Shown here: positions 25,161 through 34,879 of the stretch, in pieces
Numbering within the stretch: the stretch's first letter is position 1
Layout: each line of letters begins with the position of its first letter
From: Ptychomitrium polyphyllum
Lineage: Eukaryota
Reading direction: 5' to 3'
DNA: 64,000 bases
Assembly (NCBI GenBank): GCA_973851085.1
Contig: OZ316775.1
Span: 12,648,001-12,712,000, forward strand
Position numbers and translations under genes: made by a program
The notes under the pieces: generated by a model
Told to the model about the DNA's origin: nothing
Seen by the model: only the letters and a program-made list of their open reading frames with translations
The model's database searches: none

Positions 25161-25682
25161 ATGTCAAGTCTTTATATTATCATGGATATACGTGAAGAGC
25201 AAACGGCCTTGCTTTCATCAACAACAGCATCTATAGAGCCAACTCAACTTTCTCAGCCTTCAATAACGGAGGATCTTAGGCAAGATATGAAAGGAACATT
25301 CCAATGTCGAGTACAATCTTGTGCAAAAGTATTGGTTAGTCGCCTTTCACATTCAAGTCGTGATTCGGATGCCCATGCTTTAGTCATTTTTTTAGAATTT
25401 GGACAAGTCACTTTTGAGGGACCAGAGATCTTGTTTGAAGGTTGTTTTGAAGGACTTAATCAAGATCAAATCTTGGGTGGGAACATTTCAAAAACGATAG
25501 TCTTGGTTAGTGGTCATGGACGTTTCTTGTAAGGACCAATTGAACCAATGCACAATAAACAACAAGCAGAATATGCTGCTTCACTTTTTTGACAAATTTT
25601 AGAATTTGTGGAGATGTGAAGATGTGACGAGCAAGCCACAAGACGAACTCCTCATGGGACTTGTTGTTAAACAAGGAGATAA
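25161..25682 (+). pseudogene. Extra 3' ORF of A2 (unknown protein)
   Basis: 123-aa ORF 25161..25532 continues past a CAA>TAA stop as GPIEPMHNKQQAEYAASLF*QILEFVEM toward the PPT. Homologous to the A1 and B extra ORFs. Confidence 0.7.
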
Positions 25683-26160
25683 TGTCACGGACATAGATTA
25701 TACAGCATAGTCTTTAAAACCTTCTAGAACCTTCTAATAAATTATAGTAGCTTCTTAGAATACTTTCAAATGTCTCCATGGTCGTTTCTACGTTTTTAGG
25801 AAAATTCCTATCAAACTATCACCACCTCAAGAAACTTCCTAGAAAGATTTCAGTTCCTTGGAAGTTTCTTAGGAAGATTCCAACATCTCAGAAACTTCTT
25901 GGAAAGATTTCATAGAGTTATAGAACATTTTTAAACCTTGTAGGAAGCTTCTTTAGAAGTATTCTATGAGATATTAGCATTATAATATAAATAGGAGGCA
26001 AAACAAGGTATTTCTTAATCTTGCTAATGTAAATTGTAGATCACCTTGTATCCTGATTTTTTTTAATCTTTATATCAAGTTCTTGTTAATCATTAGCTCT
26101 TTAGAAGCTAAATCTTCAGTAACACTTCATTTTTGCTTCTAATTTTGTATATCTCTATTA
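25683..26160 (+). repeat. 3' LTR of A2
   Basis: Starts TGTCACGG after PPT AAACAAGGAGATAA; aligns to the 5' LTR; 3' terminus decayed. Confidence 0.9.
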
Positions 26161-28568
26161 CCAATATCCATTGCCGTTGATATTTAGACTTCTTGATTGT
26201 TTTAGTCAAACAAAGATCAAGAGCAAAATAGAGTTGCAAGGAGCCCACAATTTGGTGCACATCAATGACGGAGACAATTGGTAGACGACTTTTTGAATTG
26301 GATATTTTGACTACAATGTCATGTCTATTAGACTTACTAACGCACCTACTATTTTTTAGCTCTTGATGAATGACATATTTTGTGAGCACCTCAATGATTT
26401 TTTTGTATTTAATTTGGATGGTATCTTGATCTATTCAAAGAATCCAAAAGAACATGAACGTCATGTTTGCATATTCATATAACGTATGCCAAACTGGAGA
26501 AATGTGTATTCCAAGAACCTTAAGTGGAATTCCTTGGATATATCATCTCCAACAAAGGACTATTGATGGATCCAAATAAGATCAAAGCAATTAGCAATTG
26601 GATGAGGCCAAAATCGGTATGTGATGTCTAATGCTTTCTTGGATTTGCAAACTTCTATAGGATCTTCATCAAAAACTATTCTTGAATAGCTACACCACTC
26701 ACGCAACTAATATGCAAGGAAAAACTTGACTCAAGATTTGATGTTAAGGATGCATTCCAGAGTTTGAAGCGAACATGACCATAGCTCCTATTTTGGTCCA
26801 TCTGGACTTTTCAAAGGAATTTTATTTTGGGACAAATGCTTCCAATTTTGCACTAGAAGCAGTTTTGTTACAAATGAGAGGAATAAGGAGACTCCATCCA
26901 ATTGCATTCCATTCCAAAAAATTTCAATTGCAGATATCAATTTCAAGATCTACGACAAGGAACTTCTTGCAATCGTGGATTCCTTCCAAGATTGGCGTCA
27001 CTTGCTCGACAGTGCCGCGCATCCACTTATTGTATATACAAATTACAAGAATTTGGAATATTTTATGTCAAATCATGTTTTGAATCGCCGCCAAGCTCAT
27101 TGGAGTATCTCTCTATCTCAATTTGATTTTTGCATCATTTATTCACCTAGAAAACAATAAGAGTTGTTAGATGTTCTCTCATGGCGATTATACCTTGTGC
27201 CAAAGTAAGAAGAAGCAACACACAATCAATATCAAACAACTTTATTAAAACCCAAATGACTTTATATACGCACTATCACCATTTGAATTCCGGTGGATTC
27301 ATTGTTCCTTAATCAAGTGGATGCGGCATCTACTATAAATCCCTCTTCTTGATATCAAATGTCGTTCCAACAACCTTCCTAAAGATGTATCTAAGCTCAA
27401 ATTAGAAGACAACCTTTTCTATTTTGAAGAACGTCTATATATTCCTGAAGGACCAGTTCGCTTTTGTGTACTTCAAATACATCATGACTTTTCAGCGGTT
27501 GGAGATTGCCATACTCTTCAGGGATAATGTCTACTGCTACCATGGTTTATCTAACATATCATATTGGATCGTGGACCACAGTTTGTATCAAGATTTCAGA
27601 AGTCGCTTTTTAAAACCATTAAGATGGACATCAAACTTTCTTCTGCCTTCCATCCTTAGACCAATGGCCGAACAGAGCGAGTCTGTCAAATCTTGGAGCA
27701 ATATTTGAAGTGCACCATCAACTATCAACAAGATGATTGGACTTTCTATTTGACATTGGCTGAGTTTGTTTACAACAATACCGCTCACACTTCCACCCAA
27801 CAAACATCATTCTACTCCAATTTTGGACACTATCCAAAGACAAATATGTTATAGCCTCCACAATCTAAGAATCCAACTGCAAAGGAATTTGCCACAAAGA
27901 TGGCAGAGTTTCGAACAACCATGAAGACTCAACTAAAAGAAGCTTAAGAACAATACAAAAGAACAGCAGATGCAACAAATAAGGAACGACCTCCATTTCA
28001 AGTTGGTAAGAAGGTGTGGCTCTTTTGAGGCAATATAAGGACTAGTAGATTAATGTGACAAGGTGGACTATTGCAGATTGGGACCATTTGCAATCAAAAA
28101 ACTAGTCAACCACCTGGAATATTGTTTAGAACTACCAACATCAATGAAGGTACATTCCATCTTTCACGTTTCATTTTTGGAAATGTATAAGGAATCAAGT
28201 ATTCTTGGACAAAGGCAATTGTTACCACTTGTGATTAAAATTGACAATCATCATGAATTTGAAGTAGAAGAAGTACTTAACTCACGAATAAGTTGTGGAA
28301 ATCTAAAATACTTGGGCCATTGGTGCGGATATGACATCATTGAACATACATGGAAGCCAATTAATAATCTTACCTATTCACCAATGAAAGTTTGTGAATT
28401 CCATCGACAACATCCATCAAAACCAAAATTAGCAGTTTAAAAAACAGTGGCTTGGTTAGGTTGCTTAACCTTGAAGGCTTTTGATGCTTGGACTTTTGAA
28501 TAAGAGAGAAAGCAATTCCTTGATCATAAATTTGCAAATTTTAAGACATGATTTAGAAATTAATTGTT

Positions 28569-30431
28569 TGTATGTTGAATTTTATCATAGTTTCTTAAGA
28601 ATAGCTCAATATATTAGATATGGACAGTCAAGATGCAAATACCATGCGTGAACTTAAATTAATCCTTGCTATATAAAACGCCAATTTAAGTCATACAATT
28701 TTATTTAAGCTACGATTATCTAAGTTGCGTTGTAGTCCAAGTGTGAAGCCAAAATTAACCACAACCTAACCCTAATTCTGATTTTAATTGTATGGGATGA
28801 ACCTGAATGAACTTAGATTAAGGCTTTTATCATCCAAGGTTTAAAGATAAAAAATAAAGGTAGAAATAAAAGTAAAAAGATAAAAAGACATAATATTCAT
28901 CTAGAGGTAAAAATAATAAAAAATAGACGTAATTATAATTAAATTTTATGGTAAGGTAAATGAAAAAGGGGTTCACTCAAAGAACAAATCAATGCAATAT
29001 AAACAAAGGAAAAAAAACAACCCGGGGTTGCTCCAATCAAGGCAGCAGGCCCCCTTTCATCAAACAAGGCCGTGGTTTCTTTTGTCTTTGATTCAAATCT
29101 AGCGTACTTGCAATCTTCAAAAAGCTAACTTAAGAGACTATCAGCCACAAAAATCTCAGCTTTAAACTCGCTGTAGTTTGTCCAAAACCATCCTTTAAAG
29201 TTGGACTTCTTAATCAAAAGGGCAATAGACCCTATGTTATTAAATTGGCCACCGCTGCTGTCTTTATGGTTTAAATCTCTAGATCTTAGATTTTTTTTAA
29301 AACTAGACTTCAAGTGGCTTGAGTACAATTAGTTCTTATAGCAATTGGACTTGTCACTACTAAAATGTGCCTTGCCAAAGTTGGACTTACAAAACTACCG
29401 ACTATTGGACCCCCTTCACTTCAAACAGCCGCCATTTCTTCCATACTTCTCCAAAATGAGCATTCTTTAGCTTGTTAGAAAGCTTATAATCTGCTCTACA
29501 GATTCCTTTAATTTTAGTTCCTACACTTGCCCAAGGAGGGACTAAAGGCCCAAAATCCGAACCCTAATTGTTGCCCTTCATGCTCCAATACTAACTTCTC
29601 TTGCTCATCACTAACTCCTATTTGCTAAAACTAATTGTATCAGCTAATTCCAAAATCTATTTCAAATACCTAACTTTGAATCCTAACTTCAAAACCTTAA
29701 CTCTCTTTATTTTTCAACAAACCTCTCTTGCTAAAACTAAGGGTGTGCTCACAACTAAATTTGCTTGAAAACTACTAAGTGTTAAGTGTATCTTTGCTTG
29801 CTTTCTCCTCCCTTTTATAGGGAACTTCATTTCTCTATTCTATTTCCATTAGTTGCTGAAATTTCTTGGCCACTTAACCCTAATCCATACTTTAATGTTC
29901 TCCTAAATGTAGCTGCTATTCTAAATTTAGCTATTTTAAAGATTTCAGCTATTAACCTAAATGTAATTACTATTTTAAATTTAGTCACTATTCTAAATTT
30001 ATTTATATCCCTAGATTTTAGCTACTATCCTATATTTAGCTGATATTCTAATTTTAGCTATTTTTCAAGATTTTGGCACCTATTATAATTTTAACTATCA
30101 TTCTATTTTTAGCTATAAGCTTAAATTTAGCTACTGCTTCTAAGCTTCAACTGCTATTTTAATTTTAGCTACTATTCTAATCAATAATAACCCTTACTTA
30201 ATTACTTTACTTTCTACTTGTCTAATTTTGGAAACTTGTTTCTTTTTTTGTAATTCTCTCTATTTATTGGACTTAACCATCATAGGCCATGAGCATCTTC
30301 TCAACTTACATTAAAATCTCTTTAAAAATTAACTACACCCCTAATTTGGCCTAATTCTATCTTAAAAATATTACTTTTTAGCAATTTTTAAGAGAAAACA
30401 CTATAATATGCTAATTTCATAGCTCACACCA
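28569..30431. mobile_element. ~1.86-kb non-coding insertion in the 3' region of element B, probable solo LTR (left edge uncertain)
   Basis: Separates the B chromodomain from the B extra ORF. The right end reads TGGTGTGA on the minus strand, similar to the TGACGTGA start of the 20406 insertion. Candidate 4-bp duplication TGTT (28565-28568 / 30432-30435). Internal ~19-bp degenerate array. Confidence 0.5.
29905..30180 (+). repeat. Degenerate ~19-bp tandem array (TTAGCTACTATTCTAAATT-like), about a dozen units
   Basis: Recurrent TTTAGCT(A/G)CTATT(C/T)TAAAT units read directly. Confidence 0.8.
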
Positions 30432-30808
30432 TGTTAGTGGTGTCAATCCAACCAGTGGATCTTGTTGATGACCTTGTGATGAAGAATAGATTGGACCAAG
30501 AAGACATTGAAGGATACCCAGTAATAGATTGTTGGTGATTGTCTTTGAAGTGGAGCCAGCTTACAAAGGTTATTCAAAAGTAGTGTTTGAAGGATGCTTC
30601 CACAACAATAATACAAAAGTTCATGCTTGGTTCCAAGTAAAAGGTGTTAGACACTATCAATGGTTACAAAGATCCATGAACCATTTAAATCAACAAAGGC
30701 AATTGGAATATGTTGCAGATCCTACACAATAAATTTTTGATTTCTTACGGCTCTAAGCACTTATTACATCATGCTCATCAAAGACCTCGGAGCTAGAAGA
30801 GGAGGTGA
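30432..30808 (+). pseudogene. Extra 3' ORF of family B (C-terminal part)
   Basis: The frame of ORF 30529..30732 reads SGSC**PCDEE*IGPRRH*RIPSNRLLVIVFEVEPAYKGYSKVVFEGCFH...EYVADPTQ*IFDFL and aligns to the family A extra ORF. Confidence 0.65.
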
Positions 30809-31257
30809 TATCTTGGACATACATATTAGAAGCATCTAGAAATGTTCTTAGAAGGTTTAAGAAGCTTCAAAGGAAGGTGATTGAACTTAGGAAGCTTTTA
30901 AAGAAGTTACTTCTATTTAAGAAGCTTCCAAGGAAGTTACCTTGGCATAGAAAGCTTATATAGAAGTTACTTTGGCTTTGGAAGCTTCCAAGGAAAAAAC
31001 TCAAGGTTATTTGAGAACAAAGCAATGTAGTAGAACCTTCCTAAGAAGCTTCTAAAGCTTATAGTTTTAGTATATATAATAATCAAGGCCAAAGGGATAT
31101 TCACTCTCAACAACGCATCTTTTGTGGTTTAGCTCAACCCTTTTGGCCTTATCGTTGTACCTTGTTATAGCTGTTTACCTCTAATATACTTTAGACATAT
31201 CTTGTTCCAGATTCTGGAATCCTGAAGCCTTGTCTTGTAATTATTTTGTCTATAACA
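30809..31257 (+). repeat. 3' LTR of family B
   Basis: Follows the PPT, ends TCTATAACA, contains GAAGCTTC/GAAGTTAC repeats. Confidence 0.88.
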
Positions 31258-31625
31258 CTCAATAGCCTTGGCTCTTCTACTTCTAATAAGTATTTATTTG
31301 GAAGCAAAAGTCATGCAAATTGATGTGGTCCGCTTCAAGCCTTTTACCAAACACAAGAAGAAGCGTCATAAAGAATAAGGTTTACGTTTATACTGTGGAA
31401 AATTTGACTTCAAAGTTAATAATTGTTCAAAGAAACCATTGCAAGTATATTGGATGATGTGTACAATTGTAGCGCCACGTGGTTTGTAGGAAAACAAGGA
31501 TGTCTAATTACAATAGGGACTACGTAATTGGATTTGCTTCTTTTGCAAGAAAAAAAGGTCTTTTCTTGTTAGTTTACTATTCTTTTTGTTTTACTAAACC
31601 TATTTGTTTGGGTATTTAAAAGAAG
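31258..31625 (+). pseudogene. Orphan gag C-terminus / frameshift region of another family B copy
   Basis: Aligns to 17010-17370 (MQIDVVRFKPFT, decayed zinc knuckle, GGAAAAC...TAG). It directly abuts the 3' LTR, so it is the target into which that LTR's element inserted. Confidence 0.75.
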
Positions 31626-32081
31626 CAATGAACAATATTAGTAGGCATGATTTGAAATTTTTTAATGGAGCATTGTAGAAAGATCGTATTATTTGTTAGA
31701 TTCTACACCTTAAAATAATCTGTAATTATAAATGTAGTTTTGATCTACCACATTTGTAGATATTTAAAGAACGTGCAAATTCTAAATTGATAAGTAAAGT
31801 ATTATGTTCTTCATAATATCTAGGGTCATAGGTAAATATAATTTTTATTTGATGGTTTAGAAATAAAATACAATACGTATGTTTGAATTTAGATTTTAAA
31901 ATCAAAAAACATCTAATTTGGTTATATTTATTATATTTGGCCACTTATAGCTTAGCTTACAGTCATTGCTCACATTTTGCATACATGGTCTTATTATTGC
32001 ATTTGAAAGAAGACATGGTATGTATTGTGTCAAACTTGTTTTAAGACATAAATTTGGATAATTAATAATTGCTCCAGATTG

Positions 32082-32118
32082 AGGGTTTAGGATTTGGGGT
32101 TTAGGGTTTAGGGTTTAG
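32082..32118 (+). repeat. Short interstitial plant-type telomeric repeat (TTTAGGG)n, ~5 units, partly degenerate
   Basis: AGGGTTTAGGATTTGGGGTTTAGGGTTTAGGGTTTAG. Confidence 0.8.
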
Positions 32119-33793
32119 TAAAATCAAGTAAAAACGAAATTTCTCACTGCTCATTGCTTATGGCAACTATTTATTTTTTGCTCACGTGGTTCTTTTCCTT
32201 CATTAAACTTTTAAAAAATAAAGTGGAACTTATTTAGTCGAAATAATACTAATGTAATTCCTACGCTCATTGGAAATTCTCCAACATAGCCTTTCCACAT
32301 TGGAAAAGAAAAAAGGCCATAAGGGAAGTGCTTCCCATCGTCAGTGAAGAGCAACCATATCAAGGTTTAGGATTTAAAGTAAAACTTATAGGTTCATTCA
32401 ATGAGGTGCTTAAATACCCCTACTGTAATATAAACTTCATCAAATACAGGATGAATACACAATAAAGCTTCAAGTTATAATCTTCACAAAGTGGATGCTA
32501 TGACATTTAAAAGTTTTTGTCTTCACTTGCTGGTATGAATATTCAGTTTCTTGTAAGAAATTATAGACTTGGGGAATAGTTAGTGCGGGGGAAAGTAGTG
32601 TAGCTCAAAATTGAATGTGAACGAAGGCATGCAGAGACCAGAAGATTATAGTGTATTGTTGGTTGTCTTTGTTCAAACCCATTTCCTTGAAAATTTCACC
32701 AAATTACATTATAATGGTGTTGTGAAGACCCTCATTACTCTCATGGTATGAAGGAATTGGAGGATCAATCTGCAATTATTCATCCAAGACACCAAGTTGC
32801 AGGGAGAGCTCATTCGCAGTACATCTAATACCTTGCAGTGTTGCAGAGATAGTGAGACTGGTATGAGATCAGCAGGGACCATCATGGCGAAGTTGGTGGT
32901 TACTTCTGTGTAACTTTTTGGAATGCTCATTGAGGATAAGCCCCCACTGTAATATCATATGAATCTCCTTCCATTTAAATGCCAAAACATAATTTTCACT
33001 TCTACAATTACAATATTGTCCTCAATCTATTTTTGTGCTTTACATTTATGATTATTCCTTCATCTCTAGTTATTTTCAACATGTCTAAGGTGTGTTTGTT
33101 AGTTTTGGTGTCAAACAACATATCTTTTTTTATAAAAGAATTTAAAATTTTTGCCATGTTTACTAAGTTCTTCTATAGGCTATAAGAAACATTTTTCTTA
33201 ATCATTAGTTTTTTAATACCAAATCTTGGATCAAATTCTAATATTATAGAAGCACTTGCAATTATGGAAGTAGATGTTGAAGCAATATATTTTTGAAAGA
33301 TTGATACTTAGTTATTATTTCTAGAATGGTTAATATCACTTAGAATGGCTATTGTTTATTAGTGCTACTTAACCATCTATTAGTTTGTAACAAGCTTTTA
33401 AGACATTTCAACATGTGTGTGGTCTTTAACCTCTCCAAAACCTCATTACTTTGCAATGTAGCCTTATTTACACTTCAAGATTAGTTGCCCTTGTTTTTAA
33501 TCCTTCAACATAATGCGCAATTGCTTTTTTAAATTTTCGATCTCAAAAGTTCTATTAGGAAATTCTTCATTTAAAGGCACACACTTGTTGCTACACCAAT
33601 TTGGAATTAATTGAGTCATACATGTTTTGTCTTCACTATAAATTTCAAAGTAATAATTATATGCAAACACTAAATTAGTAATGTGACAAAATCAACCACT
33701 TATCAAAACAATTTTAGACATTCTTCTTTGACTAATACTTTTACCTTTAATGTATTTGAAGATGTGCAAAACCTTGTAGCTACAACCTTGTGT

Positions 33794-33868
33794 TGTAAGA
33801 ACTATGTCATTGATGCATTGTAAGAACTATGTCATTGGTGCATTGTAAGAACTATGTCATTGGTGCAT
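33794..33868 (+). repeat. 25-bp tandem repeat x3 (TGTAAGAACTATGTCATTGRTGCAT)
   Basis: Read directly; one substitution among the three copies. Confidence 0.95.
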
Positions 33869-34391
33869 TATGTAAGATAATGCATCCCTCTTCATTTGGC
33901 CGGGAATCCTCTGAGTCCTCAAAAGGAATGTGTGAATATTAAACATGCGGCATTTCATCAGGATTCATAAGAATACAACAAAAGTGCACATTTTTTATGC
34001 AATAAAGTCTCCAAAACTTGAATGACAGCAGTAGGAGAATGCGAATAAAATTGAGGAACATGGAAATGCATTGCAAAAAACAAAAGACTTACCTCAAATC
34101 GATGTCAGCCTCAGGAAACTACAGTTTCTTGTTCTGAAATCTTGTCACAAAACCCCGCCAAATTGCATGTCGGAAGTCACTACTTGACTATCGCAGCAAA
34201 CCGCAGAATTCCACAGACAATCTAAAATATGTTCATGAAATCATATATAAACGTCCACCTTAAGAAAAAACCCAAAAAAATATAAAACGACCTAACAGAA
34301 ATTACAAACCTTACCAAGTCTCTGCAAAGGTTGCGGTTGATTTGAAGCTGCTACTATTCGGTGATCCCACAAGTCAAACGATGTGAGCCCT

Positions 34392-34400
34392 AAACCCTAA
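34392..34400 (+). promoter_or_regulatory. Telo-box AAACCCTAA upstream of the TRM82-like gene
   Basis: CCCTAAACCCTAA lies ~490 bp before the ATG. Telo-boxes are common in plant promoters of translation-related genes. Confidence 0.45.
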
Positions 34401-34794
34401 GTTGGGCAGACTCTGGTTCGATTTGAAAGAAGCTAGAATTCGGTAAAACTAACAAGAGTTACTAATTTAAGTAAACTACTACAGCACATAATTTATAGCT
34501 GCAGTACCAATTGATTACAAAAGTTATAGATGATTGTTGGTGAAGAGAGAGAGAGAAGAGAGTATATGACATTTTGGAGACACAGAATCTCTTTGGTGTG
34601 AAATGCGGTGTTGATAACCGCCAGTGTGGGTGCAGGGATCGGATATCAACAATAGGGCAGAAGACTCGGGGGAGGGGAAACTAGGGCTGAGCCGAGAACT
34701 TGCTCAGCAGCCGAGCAGAGCAGAGCAGAGCAACATCACTGGAGATTCCCGACGCTCACTGCATCTTGCAAATTCGCAGCCTGTGAGCCACCAT

Positions 34795-34839
34795 CGTCGT
34801 GGTCGTGGTCTTGGTCGTGGTCTTGGTCGTGGTCGTGGT
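34795..34839 (+). repeat. (GGTCGT/GGTCTT)n hexamer microsatellite in the presumptive 5' UTR
   Basis: CGTCGTGGTCGTGGTCTTGGTCGTGGTCTTGGTCGTGGTCGTGGT. Confidence 0.9.
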
Positions 34840-34879
34840 AGTCACCGTTGTTGCTGAGCTCCTCTCCGTTGTTGGCGCC

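Larger units (their letters stand above)
18175..26160 (+). mobile_element. Ty3/Gypsy chromovirus family A copy 2 (A2), inserted into the RT of element B
   Basis: LTRs 18175-18737 and 25683-26160 are homologous to the A1 LTRs. TSD CTAAT (18170-18174) / CCAAT (26161-26165) splits the host RT motif KN|xYPLPLI. Internal gag-pol is colinear with A1 (PR FDTGA, RT YLDD, IN, chromodomain EYEVEEILD). Confidence 0.95.
15646..31257 (+). mobile_element. Ty3/Gypsy chromovirus family B (outer element of the nest), decayed and possibly a recombinant of two copies
   Basis: Homologous LTRs 15646-16014 and 30809-31257; PPT AGAAGAGGAGGTGA 30795-30808. gag ~16200-17265 (ALSWFAPFFEK), PR (LIDS) and RT start to 18174, RT/RH/IN resuming at 26161, chromodomain 28063-28440 (EFEVEEVLNSR...WCGY...TW). 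Flanks CCGGC / CTCAA are not a TSD. Confidence 0.85.

Noticed and set aside
33794..33868. CRISPR-like appearance of the 25-bp repeats (also the 19-bp repeats at 20979)
   Set aside because: Head-to-tail tandem copies with no spacers, in a eukaryotic context with no cas genes.
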